A DNA stretch of 61,568 bases, counting the filler, from Jimgerdemannia flammicorona (Eukaryota), in the NCBI GenBank assembly GCA_003990765.1. It is 2 parts of 2 records of this genome, joined end to end, with 100 filler letters (N's around TTAATTAATTAA, not from the genome) between each part and the next. Parts side by side here need not be neighbours in the genome. Positions count along the whole stretch, not along the records: positions 1 to 30,745 come from RBNJ01000426.1; 1 more part is not named here. One strand, 5' to 3'. Made by a program: the position numbers and the translations under genes. Below the pieces are notes generated by a model. It ran no database searches, was not told the DNA's origin, and saw only the letters and a program-made list of their open reading frames with translations. Below, one piece after another: positions 11,503-23,034 of the stretch. The stretch's first letter is position 1. Each line of letters opens with the position of its first letter.

Positions 11503-14500
11503 TCAGAGTGTCCTTGAGAGTGCATCGGCATTGGTGTTGGTCTTTTCTGAGCAGTGCAGTCATACTCTTGCAGCCTGTAGATCCATCTGGTATATATTCC
11601 TTTGGGGTTCAGAGTGTGGAATAGTCAGGCAAGAGCAGAGTGGTCTGTTTGAATAATGAAGTGTTTCCCAGCTAAGTAGTAGTGGAACTTGTCTACTGCC
11701 CAAACTACTACTAAGCATTCGAGCTTGCATGATTTGTAGTTCTGTTCTGCTCTGTAAGTACCTCGGCTTATATAGGAGATGACATATTCATATCCATCTT
11801 TCTTCTGAGCTAGGACTGCTCCAAGTCCTATAGCACTCATGTCTGTCTGCAGGATGAATTCTAGATTCCACTCTGATCTTCTGAGGATAGGTGCTTGGGT
11901 CAACCTGGTCTTGAGTTCATTGAAGGTTTCTTAGTACTCCTTGGTTTATTCGAATTTGGTCTCCTTCTTCAGTAGCTCGTAGATAGGTGCTGCAATATTG
12001 GAGTATCCTTTAATGAATCTTCTGTAGTAGCTGGCCAGTCTAAGGAAGGCATGGACTTCTGTAGTTGTTCTGGGTCTTGGGTAGGCTGCAATAGCCTTGA
12101 TCTTTATGGGGTCTGTGTAGATTCTGGTCTGGTTGATGAGGTGTCCTAGGTAGGTGATTTCTTGAGCTACAAACTTATATTTTTTGGGCTTGATATAGAG
12201 ACCATGCTCCTTGAGCTTCTTGAGGGCTAGCTGTATGTGATTGACATATTCCTGTATAGTATTGCTGAAGATGATCACATCATCAATATAGACAAAGAGC
12301 CATTTTCCAATCTCATTTCTGAAGACTCTGTTCATTATTTACTAAAAACTTGCTGGGGCATTGCATATTCCAAATGGCATTTGCAGGTAGATATAGGTAG
12401 CATCAGGTGTGATGAAGGCTGATTTCTCACTAGCATCTTGAGTGAGACCAATCTGATGGAAGTCTGAGAACAGATCTAAGATAGTATAGTATTTGGCTTC
12501 ACTTCTAAGGGTGGTAAGAATCTCTTGAATATTCAGCAAGGGCTGCCTATCCTTCTTGATGATGGCATTGAGCTTCCTATAATCAATGCAGAGTCTTGGT
12601 ACAAATTCTCCAAGTTTGCTTCCTTTCTTCAGGGCAAGGACAATGAGTGAAGCCCAGGGGCTGATAGCTTGCTTGATGATTCTGGCTTCTTCCATTTTCT
12701 TGAGTTCTGCTCACAGCCACTCTTTGTAGGTAGGTGGTATAGGTCTGGCTTTCTGGTAGATGGGCTTGGTATCACCAGTGTCAACTTCATAATAGTACTT
12801 GGGTTCTTGATTGTGGATATCCCTGAAGTCTGTAGCAAGTACTTCTTCATTCTGGTACAGGATCTTGAGAAGTTGTTCCTCCAGGGGAAAGTTTTCTCCA
12901 ATGGTATATGTGTGCTTGTTCTGGTCCTTATCTTTCTTGTGCTCAAGTTCAGTAATCTTGATAGCAGTATAGGCTCCTCTTCTAGTAGATCCAAAGCCTT
13001 GTTCTCCTCTCTTGGTCTTGATGAGTTTGATGGCTTTAATGATCTTGGGTTTCTTGATTTCATGGATCAGCATCTGGCCAATCCTGTCATACTTCTTGAC
13101 TTCAAAGGGGGTGGTGTGGTTGTAATTTCTGACTATGAGGAAGATCTCACCAGTGTAATTGGGGTCAATTACTCCTCCTTCAACTGAGATTTTGCTTTTG
13201 GCCAGACTGCTCCTGGTCTTGATAATTCTGGCATAGTTCTCTGGCAGCTTGACTCCAATTCCAATACCAAGTAGGGTGGTGGTCTGTGGTTTGAGGGTAG
13301 CATCTTAAATGCTGGCAAGGTCCATTCCTATGGCTCCTTCAGTCTTATATTCTGGGATCTTGGCTTTGGGGTAAAACTTCTTGATCTTGAGGGTGATGTC
13401 TGATTCTTGTTCCTCCTCATCATTACTGTCAGCTTGGAGCTCTGGGAGCTGGTCATCTTCTTTGGCTTTCCTTTTTGCTTTGGTGGCTTCTTGCTCATGT
13501 TTCTGTTGGTAGATTTTCCTGACTTCACTGATATAGGACCAGCAGTCATTCAGGTGTTCAGAGTAGTACATCCTAGTACCATGGGGGCATCTTCCTTGAG
13601 GGGCATAGCCATCAATGATCTTGTTATACCACTGGTCATCTGTGAGCTTGGGTGTCTTGTTCTTGTTCTTGTTCATCAAGTACATGAAGACCTCTGTGTC
13701 TTCTTCATCTCCATCCTCCATGTCTGGTAGAACTCCTTTGTGGACATTGATGGAGACTTGTACCTTTCTTCCTCTATAGTTGATCTGCATCTTCTGGGCA
13801 TTGAGATCAATGATGGCCTTGGTCTTGTGAAGCCATTGGTTGCCAATGAGGATGTCATAGTTGGTGGTGCTTGTAACAATCATATCTACTGGGATAGTAT
13901 CTCCTCCTATCTTGATGGAGACTTCTCAGATTTTGCCAAGGGGGGTAGCTTGTGTACTATCTGCTATAACATAGACCATCTTGGTGGACTCTTAAATGTC
14001 CCAGCCTAGGTGGTCAATTGCCTTCTTGCTCATGAGGCATCCTCCAGCACTGGTATCAATGATGGTATCAAAGATATAGTCTTCAATCTGACATAAGGTA
14101 TAGACTGATGTCTTGCACTAGTCTTTGGATTCTTCATCTGAGTTCTCAGATTCTTCCTGTGCATTGTGAGCTTCTACAATCTTGTACTCTTGATTCTTGG
14201 TGGTAATTGCAAGTCCTACTCTCAACTGCTGTCTGAAGGCAGGGACTTCAGCTAGCTGTCCAAAGATAGCATTGACTTTCTGTTCCTTGAGATCCTTGTA
14301 GATGTCATACTGATGGATCTTAGTCTTGCACAGCTTCTGTTCCTTCTTGCTTTTGCTTTCTCCTGAGACTGGGGTAGTGCCTTCAATAATTTGGCAGGCA
14401 GCTTCATCTAACTCCATATCTTGATCAATTTTCTCAGATTGGGTCTTACTTTGAATAGTGACAGCTGGGGTCTTCTTTAGTCTTCCAACTGGCTTGCTGT

Positions 14501-15484
14501 TGCTCTTCTTGTCATAGGGCTTAGACCAGGTTCTGGTATCTTCAGTAGCAGGGTAGAATTCAAGCTCCTCATAGTATTCTTCATCATCAGTATCATCAAT
14601 CTCCTTGATGACTACTACATTGGTTTATTCTCTGGTTCTGCTAGCATTACTTGGTTGGGCTTTGTATCTTGTTTTGGTCATGTAGTTCTTTACATAGTGG
14701 TCTTATTCTCTACATCTGAAGCATGTGATATTGCATTCTTCTATAGCAGCTACAAATCTCTGCACTGGTCTCCTGTTAGCACTTTGGACTTCTCTAACAA
14801 CCTCACCAAGGTGTGCAGTCATCTTGGCAAACTGCTTGGCAAGTTCTTCCACTGGGTCAGCTTTGGTTGTCTTGGGGGTAGGTGGGGTTGGTTGTCTGTT
14901 TACAACTATGGCAGATAAGATACTAGTTGGCTTTGATGGCTCCATTTTGATGCCAGTTATTTTTCCATTGAGTGTTCTGCAGGGTGTCTGGCAGTCCAAT
15001 ATCTCTGTGCAAAGACCACTTTCTGATCAAGGGTCAGTACAGCTGGGGTAGACCAGATTGCTAGAGCAATTTCAGGGTGAACTCCTTTGAGGAAGGTTGA
15101 ATCTGCTATTTGTTCCTTGAGGCAGTCATCATAGCCAGCCAAGACAATCTGGTGGCAGATTCGGATATAGAATGAGGTGGGATCTTCACTAAGTCCCTGG
15201 CAGATAGTATTGAGTTGATCTTTGAGAGCTTGCTTGATCTCTTTGGTATAATATGTTGTTCTGAGGAAGGTCTTCATGTTGGCAAGTTTGGCTGCACCAG
15301 CATCAGCAATGGTGGCTATATTGAACTTGTCTCTAGTAGGTCCTCTGAGGCTGACTAGTAGAAGGGCCAATTGAGCATCCATACTAAGGACTTATATGGC
15401 AGCAAATTGTTCAAAGTCTTCAATGAAGGTTAGGATTGACTCTTTGGTAGTATATCCATAGAATGTGGGGGGATGCATTTCCAT
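11503..15484 (-). pseudogene. E2 gag-PR-dUTPase-RT-RNase H polyprotein
   Basis: Gag capsid-like region, CFRC knuckle remnant, protease DTSAG/DILIGNQW, RT LCIDYRKLN/VYIDD, RNase H QTDMSA/TDHSAL, ending NADALSRTL*. Confidence 0.93.
12984..13397 (-). pseudogene. E2 dUTPase domain
   Basis: AIGMDL, TRSSLA, GGVIDPNYTGEI, RIGQM, RGEQGFGST; in frame with RT. Confidence 0.93.
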
Positions 15485-15592
15485 CTTATCTTAAATTCTT
15501 ACAGGAGTAACTCTTGTAGTCAGGGTAGTTGTTGTGGAGGTTGTTCATTTTTCAGCTTGAAAGTGAGAGATTCATCTTGAATCACCAGTCAA

Positions 15593-15601
15593 TGGGCACC
15601 A
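15593..15601 (-). promoter_or_regulatory. E2 primer-binding site (TGGTGCCCA)
   Basis: TGG start 3 nt inside the LTR end. Cognate tRNA uncertain (His-like, or Lys-like TGGCGCCC after CpG decay). Confidence 0.75.
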
Positions 15602-15910
15602 AGTTGTCACATAGTGGTTGCTGAGTTCTTCAAATATACCAGATTCTCTTCAAGGTATATCTCTTAGACTAACTCAAGTTTATTATAAGCAAGTTCTTAT
15701 TGGAGTGCCTTCCCAAGGTCTTATAGTCCTCAAACTTCTTATCTTTAAACTGTCTTGTTATCTCTTAGATTGCTTGCAAGGAAGTGTATATATTGTACTG
15801 AGAGGAACTGACTTCGGTTTGTAGTCATCACCTCTTTCCAGTACCATTCAGGTTACACAACCTTTGGAAGGCACTTTCGACAACGTTTTCAGCAAAAAGA
15901 GACTAACAAC

Positions 15911-17935
15911 ATGGCAACCGACAGACAACCTGAGGTGCATACTGGGCAGGGCAGCCTTAGTGCTTTCGACTGGCAGCAGGTGGGGAGGGGGCCAGGCCTG
16001 GGGGGCGGTATGAGGGGCCTGCTGGTGGGTGGACATGGAAGGGGTGGAGGAGGTGGTGGAGGATCAGGATCTGGGAGGGCAAGCTTCGCGGAGATGGTGA
16101 AGGGGAGATAGCAGGCATCCGGGCTGGAGGGCTGGCTGAAAAAGGGCAAGGGGACCGAGAAGGAGATGGGGCCGGGGGGTGCGGCCCTTGGAAGGGGGGG
16201 TGGTGGAGCTGCAGGAGTAGTGGCTGGGGGGGGTGTGACTGCTGATGGTGTTGGGACTGTCAATCTGGAAAAAAATCCAGATGTGATGGCTGATGGTGAG
16301 GCTGAGCGGCTGAGGCTTAGAAGGCAAGGGGACTTGGCAGATGGTGTAATGGGTCTGGTGGTGGCTCCGTTACTCAAGAAATCGATTTCGGCATTCGCGG
16401 TCACACTATGCTTCCGGGGCCTGGTGGTGACGGCAAAAATGGTGCTAGGGCTCATCGCTAAGCAGGTGGCAGGTACAGTATCTGTGAAGTTTTTGAAGGG
16501 ACTGGAAGGAGTGGAGGTGGGTTTTGAGGAGGCGGCACCACTGGAGGAGGTGCTGAAGGTTGGATTGGTGGTTGGGGAGGTATGTGTTCCTATGGCATGG
16601 TGCTTGAAGTGGGACCCCAGGGTGGTCCAACTGCTGGTAAAGGGAGTGCCGACAGTGATAGCAATGGAGACAAGGAAGAGGGTTGAGGATTTCATGGCAG
16701 AATATGGCGAGGTGGTCAATATCGGGTTCAGGGTCTGGGAGGGGACCTCACTCAGAACTGGTGATGTGGATGTGAGGATTTGGCTGGCTGGGAAGGAAGC
16801 CACTGGGAAGGCAAGGGATTGGCCTTCGGCAATAGTCTGGGGAGCGATCCTGTGTAAGGTGATGAGGGTGAAGGGGAGTGAGGAAGAGGAGGAGGATTTA
16901 TTAGAAGCACTCGAAGAGCTTGGGGGGGCTGTGGAGAGGCGAGCGAAGGCTTGGGAGGCTTTTGAAGAGGCGACACACTTGGAGGTGGTGGATGGAAAGC
17001 GGATTCGAGTGACCAAGGAGCAGTGGGAAAGGGCTCAGGGGTGTAAGAGGCAGAAGGAGTTGTTGGCCAAGCTGGATAGCGGACCACTGGGGGAGGTGAG
17101 CAGGGTGAAGGGCACAGGGGGAGCTGGAGTGAGTGTCTGGGCCGGCAAGGGGGAGGGGAAGGACAAGAAGGAGGCAGGGGAGGACAAGAAGAAGGCAGGG
17201 AAGGACCTGTATACAGATGGTATACTGGAGGTGTGGGAGGAGGACTGGGTGGGTTCCCCTAGCCCTACCCCTCTCATCAGGTGTGGCCCGGCTTCTCGGA
17301 ATAGGGTGGTGGAAGATGTACCAATGCGAGGGGCCCAGCGGGTGCAATTTGGAGTTCCAGAGGTGGTGTATGGGGGACAGGTAGAGGCGGATAGTGAGGA
17401 GGAACTGGTGGATATCCCGGAAGTATGGGATGAGTCTGCAAGTACTGGAGCTGACACCACAATGTTGGATGGAGGGAGGCCGGTGACTCCAGGGGGGAAA
17501 GAGGTGGGGAACTTGCTTTGGATGTGCTGGATGATGAATAACCTGGCGGCGGAAGAGTTGGGGGAAGTGGACTTGCGAGTGATGAGTGATGAGCACTGGG
17601 CGGGAATCCTGCAGGGGGATGGCATGATGAAGGCATTGAAGGCAGAAATTCTTACAGTATACCTGGAGGAGGAAGGATATGAGGTGGATAAGGAGAGGGA
17701 GGAGGAGATGGCAGTTGTTGCTGGAGAAAGAGCTGAATACTGCTGGAACAAGCGACATGGACTACAGCTCTGGCAGGAAGCATGCATCGAATACTGCGAG
17801 GAGTTTGAGGAGAAGGCTGATGGCGAGATAAATGAACTACTGGCTGGATTGGAGGCTCAGAGGGCTGAAGAGGAGGAGGTGGCTGTGGAACATAATTTGG
17901 ACAGGGCACAGGAGGAGATGAGCATGGAGCAGTAG
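15911..17935 (+). pseudogene. LINE-A ORF1 (~674 codons, Gly/Glu-rich, RRM-like central segment)
   Basis: ORFs 15911 and 16166 share a frame, separated by one TAG. VQLLVKGVP..EYGEVVNI resembles an ORF1 RRM. Confidence 0.85.
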
Positions 17936-17968
17936 AGGCAGATTGACAACATCACATATATCATCAAT

Positions 17969-20900
17969 ATGAACAGTACAATAAACATTTTCTCTTTGAA
18001 TGTGAATGGGTTACAGGGCACTTCTTGACGTAGGAACATTTTTACTTAGATGAAGGGATTGGAGGCCGATCTCTTCCTCTTGCAAGATGTCTGGTGCGAA
18101 GATGACTCTGATAGGTTAGAATGGACAAAGGAATGGGGAGGTGCAGCGATTTGGAGGGGCAAGGTTGGGATTTTGGTTAGGAGAGGCAGAGGGGAGATAC
18201 AGAATGTGCAGTGCTGGGGGGAGAGACTGATCTGGGGAGAGTGGATTTGGGTAGGCTGGGAACCAGTTACGGTTAGTTCTTGTTACTGCCCTGCAGTACA
18301 GAATGAGAGGGTTGATTGGGTGAAGGGACTACAGGAGAGTGGATTACTTGCGGAGGCTGGGGTGGATGTGCTAGGGGGAGATTTCAATATGGTTAGGGAT
18401 ATACTGATGGATAGATCAGATAGAGGATGAAGTGCTGAGGGCAGGAGTGGAGGGCTGGCAGCATGGGAGGAAGTCAAGAGGCTGAGTGTGCTATTGGATG
18501 CTGGAAGGGAGTGCTGGGGGAGTAGGAGGGTCTATACACATTGGGCAGGGGGTCTGGGAACTAGGATCGATTGGATTTTGACAGCTTGCTGCTGGGGACT
18601 AGATGTTTGGAAATCATTGGAGGTGGAATGGTGCCCATGGTTGGATCACTGGGGGCTTTTGGGACAGGGGTGCTTTGGGGGAAGTGGGGATGGGCCTGGA
18701 CATTGGCGCCTCAATTCCTCTTTGTTAGATGACAAGACCCGGTGGGATGAGTGGACTAAAGACATTCAGCTGAGGGTGGAGACCTGGAGGCAGGAAGGGG
18801 CTGCAGTTGGGACTCAGTGGATGAGGATAAAGGAAATGGCCAGGATTTACTGGAAGGAGGCTGGCAGAGAGGCAGGGAAGCAGTGAAAACAAAAGGTGCA
18901 CTGGGCCTCTGCTCAATTGACAAGGCTCCTGGAGGAGTGGGCGCGGCTGATGATATTGGAGGGAGAAGAAGATTGGAGATTACTGAGGGTGAAAATGGAG
19001 GTTGGGGAACTTCAACAGGTGCTGCAGGAGGAAGAAGAGGCAAGGGTACAAAGCTTGGCAGCATGGCTCCGTTGGCAGGATCTGGAGGAAGGAGAGAGGC
19101 CTTCCAAGCTTCTTTCCAGGGCCCTTAGGGTGAGGCGGGTCCAGCAATGGTGGGAAGGGGTCTTGGACTCTGATGGTGTGCTGGTGCATGGTGTACAGGA
19201 TATTCTTGGATCGCTGAAGGAGAGATGGAGTGGATTGTGGAGTGAGGAGGAAGGTGGGGCAGATGCCGCTACGATTGAACATACATTGGAGGATTGGCAC
19301 CCACCACAAGTTGAAGGGCTAGGGGACCTGGTGATGCCTGTACAGGAGGGTGAGATCCACCAGGTTCTTGCCGCGACAACATCCGGTATGGCACCTGGGG
19401 AGGATGGGCTGCCCTGGGACTTTTGGAAGTGAATGGTTGAAGTCCCAGAGGTGATGGGAGAGATGACAGCATTGTGTGACCTTATTCTACAGACAGGTAG
19501 ATGGGTGGGGGAGCAGAACCTTGGGCTGGTGACGCTGCTCTACAAAAACAAAGGAGGGCGAGAGGATTGGAAGAACTGGCGGCCGATAATGCTGCTAGAT
19601 ATGGACAGAAAGTTGGTAACCAAGGTGGTGGTGGCAAGATTACAGAAAGTGGCCCAGCAAGTCGTGGGTGTGGAGCAGAGGGGATTTGTGGGTGGTCAGC
19701 TCATCAGGGATGGCACCGCCTGGGTGCATGGCATCATCGAAGGGGCGAGAGCATGTGGGCTAGATGGGCATCTAGTTTTCTTGGACCAGGAGAAGGCTTA
19801 CGACCGGGTGCGAAGAGTCTGGCTAGAGAAAGTTCTGGATAGAATGGGGGTACCGCATCGATTCCAGTCGACAATGGTCAGCCTACTGGAAGGGAGTAGG
19901 GCTGCACTCATGTGTAATGGACATAGAGGGGTAGCGTTCCCCTTGGGAAGGGGCGTGGCTCAGGGGGATCCACTGTCCCCCATTTTGTATACTCTTTCCC
20001 TGGAACCACTTATGGACCAGATTAGGCAGAGGATAGTGGGGCTCTCTATCTTTGGCATTGGTTGGAAGGTTGGAGCCTTTGCTGACAACATGGTGGTGGG
20101 CTTGGGTTTGATTGCTGATGTTGAGGAGCTCAAGAGGACTGTGGAGTGGTATGAAGAGCATTCTGGAGCTAAGCTGAACTGGCATAAGTGTGAGATAATG
20201 GTGCTTGGTAACAGCCTGGTAGGAGGGGAGGTTATAGGAACAATTGTCCCCACCAGTGAAGCAGTGCAGTACTTAGGTATCTACTTGTCAGTCTATGGGT
20301 CAGTTCTGCCCAAGCTTTGGTGGGAGCAGAGGATTGGAATCTGGGAGGAGGCTCTGTGGAGTTGGGGGGGAGACATTTTTCTCTAGCAGGGCGGGTCTCT
20401 GTTTTGAATGTCTACTGGCTGTCAAAGTTGTGGTATCTGGCATATCATCTGGACTTCCCAGCCTGGGTAGTGAAGAGATTGATGAAGGCAGCAAAAGGAT
20501 GGATTTGGGCTAGCAGGCAGAGCCAGATTAGTTGGGAAACCTTGTTCCTACCAGTGGCAAGAGGCGGTCTTGGGCTGGTTGACTTCCCAAAACAGTTACA
20601 CTGCTTGAGAGCATAGTGGCTGAAGAGGGCGGTGGAGTTGAGAGGAGGTGGATGGGTTCCTCTGTTACAAAAGATATGGGAGAGGCAGACATCGCCAAGG
20701 GGCTCAACCGGTGATCTCCTCTCCTTGGTTGGGCTTCAGAACACTGCCCAACTATGATATAAAGGATTTTGGTGGGGAATTGCAGAAGGAGCACACCGCA
20801 TTGATATTCGTTGGCAAGGGAATGAAGGGGAGGAGGATTGGGACTCGGCAATGTGGAGATGGGACTGTATACTGCTGGGTGGTGCTCCTTTAGCTGAGTT

Positions 20901-21624
20901 CGATATTGGAGATGGAATGGAATGCCAAAGGGGACCAGGCCAGGATCTGTGGCCTAGCAGTTGGCAAGGAGTTGGAATTGGCGAAGAGTGGAACTGGCAT
21001 AGTGTTTGGACCTGGAGTACTGCGGTGAGAGCATGACTGCCACCAAAGTACTGGGTGGTCTGGTGACACATGCTGCAGAGGAATGTTATGCTCAACTTTC
21101 GCTCAGGGCACCTGGTTGTAGGGGGTTGCTTCGACTGTGAGGAGTGCCATAATGTAGGGCAGGAGGGGGGTTATGTACAGATGCCAGAACATTGGCTAGG
21201 AGAGTGTGAGGTGTTGGGGGATTTTTGGTAGACAATTGGGGATCACTTAGGGGTACAGGGTAGGAGTAATGGAGTACAGGGGCGATGGGAGGACCTGAGG
21301 GTTAGATTGGTAGGGGGGATAGGGAAGGAGTGGCTCACTTTAGGTTAGGCCTTGGCTATTTGGGTGGGGTTGGTCAGTTATTGGCTATTTATCTTTGAGG
21401 ATGGGAGGAGGCAGAGCTTGGGGGACTGGCTGCTGCAATGGCATAGGCTTATGGAAGACACCTTAACAGGCTGGTGGCTGGGTTGAGAGATGCGGGGTGG
21501 TTGGAGGCACTGCTTGGTGGCGAAAATCTGTGGGCAAAGTGGGGGGAGAGTGGGGGTCGTTGGTGAAAGGGTGATTTTCATTTGTGAGGAAGTAGGGAGG
21601 GGCCCCCTGGTGGGGATTGGATAG
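17969..21624 (+). pseudogene. LINE-A ORF2: APE endonuclease - RT - C-terminal Cys motif
   Basis: IFSLNVNGL, LGGDFN, RIDWIL, LDH; PGEDGLP, NWRPIML, LDQEKAYDRV, GVAQGDPLSP, FADN (catalytic DD mutated), YLGI; CFDC..H..C; multiple stops. Confidence 0.95.
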
Positions 21625-21986
21625 TGGGTCGGAATGATGTATAATTATTCATAGACTGGTAATAAAGGCAGAGTCCAAGTGACTATAAAAAAAAAAAAAA
21701 AGAGAGGAACTGACTTTATTTCAGAGGAAATAAGAGAGGTATTTATACAAAATATAATTCAATGGTTGCTAAGATATAAAGCTAAATATAAATTCCAATA
21801 ACTAAAACTACTAAGTTCCAGGGTTGGCACTGATGGTTGTACAGGTTCAGGATGCTGGTATAATTCAGTGTCACATCAGAATACCAGTACTAGAACAATT
21901 TTGCATCACCTCAGAATACCAGTGCTGGAATAATTTCACATCACCTCAGAATACCAGTGCTGGCATTATCCAGTGTAACAAAAAAC

Positions 21987-22788
21987 TTAAAGCAGAAAGT
22001 TCAGGACTATGGAGGCTTCATCATTATCATCATCATTACTGAAGGAGATGAGATCCATCAATTCATCATATAGGTCACATGTTTCATATACTTCAATGTC
22101 ACATAGAATGATGTCATCACTGATGATATCATCACATTTGGCAGCAGAGAGGAGGTCTGGGGCTCTCCAGTCTATGTGGTTCTCTTCTACAAAATAAGGG
22201 ACAAATGTGGGGTCTTGGAGAGATCTAACCCAGATGCTTGGGCCTGATCAACTCTTGCAGGAATTGGTCTGGGTTGTCCTGGAGGATAGGGTGCCAGAAG
22301 TCTTCTACTTCATCACTATTGAGAGTAATAGTGGACTAGGCTTCTGTAGCCACTCTGGCTTCTAGTGCATTGATATGGCAGGATGACAGGTCTCTGAAAT
22401 CTGAGACTCTAATATACTCCAAGTTGGGGATTGACCATGGTACATCCCTGAAGATCTGATGGATCTTCTTAACTGTCCTTGTTTCGTGTATATCCATGGA
22501 AGTGGCATCTTATAGCTCTTGAGTGCTGGCCTGTAGAAACTCCTGGCAGAGGAGGTTTCCTATTTCATACTCCTGCCACATTTGGAGGCATTCGGTAGCA
22601 ATGGTGATCCTTGTTTCTATTTCATAGCGGTAAAGAATAAAGTGATAGAAATCTGCAGTACCCAGGTTGACACTAGGAGTTCTTCTTGAGCAGGTCCTCA
22701 TGGCTCTTCTGATGTCTTAGAACATCCTTTCTTCAACTGAGATACCTTGGTGGTTCCTTGACCTTGAGGTTTGGTGGGCAGCAGGCAT
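21987..22788 (-). pseudogene. Accessory ORF copy in E2 5' LTR
   Basis: Duplicate of 8901-9712; ORF 22510-22701 reads LQMWQEYEIGNLL through a position that is a stop in the other LTR. Confidence 0.78.
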
Positions 22789-23034
22789 TTCATTTGTGGT
22801 AAGTCTTTGAGCTATTTTGGGATTGGTGGTTCTTGTTGATTACTGCTATTGCGGTTCCTTGATCCTTCTTTTATATTCTTCAGGATGCTTGTACTGTGGT
22901 CACAATGACTCACAGTTGGTCATCATTGCTCATCTTGTATGCTGTATGATCTTTTTGTATTCTGATCTAGTGACTTGCAAGGAAAGGCCATCTCCTGTGC
23001 TGATGTCATCATTCTGGGATCACTGTTACATTAT

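Larger units (their letters stand above)
15815..21701 (+). mobile_element. Full-length non-LTR retrotransposon LINE-A (L1/Tx1-like)
   Basis: 15-bp TSD GAGAGGAACTGACTT (15800-15814/21702-21716), AATAAA at 21661, A15 tail, ORF1 + ORF2. Confidence 0.96.
8347..23030 (-). mobile_element. Ty3/gypsy LTR retrotransposon E2, full length, dUTPase-bearing, with a LINE inserted in its 5' LTR
   Basis: Paired LTRs (8347-9954; 15605-23030 minus the LINE), 4-bp TSD TTAT (8343-8346/23031-23034), PBS, PPT, and gag-PR-dUTPase-RT-RH-IN on the minus strand. Confidence 0.96.
15605..23030 (-). repeat. E2 5' LTR, split by LINE-A
   Basis: 15605-15814 and 21717-23030 rejoin to match 8347-9954. Confidence 0.95.

Noticed and set aside
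14950..15000. Programmed frameshift within E2 gag
   Set aside because: The frame change sits at a short A-run with no canonical heptamer and is seen in only one copy; a decay indel is equally likely.
15889..17787. Long minus-strand ORFs (375, 285 and 250 aa) over LINE ORF1
   Set aside because: Ser/Pro-rich shadows of a strongly G-rich sense strand; no motifs, and not preserved in LINE-B.
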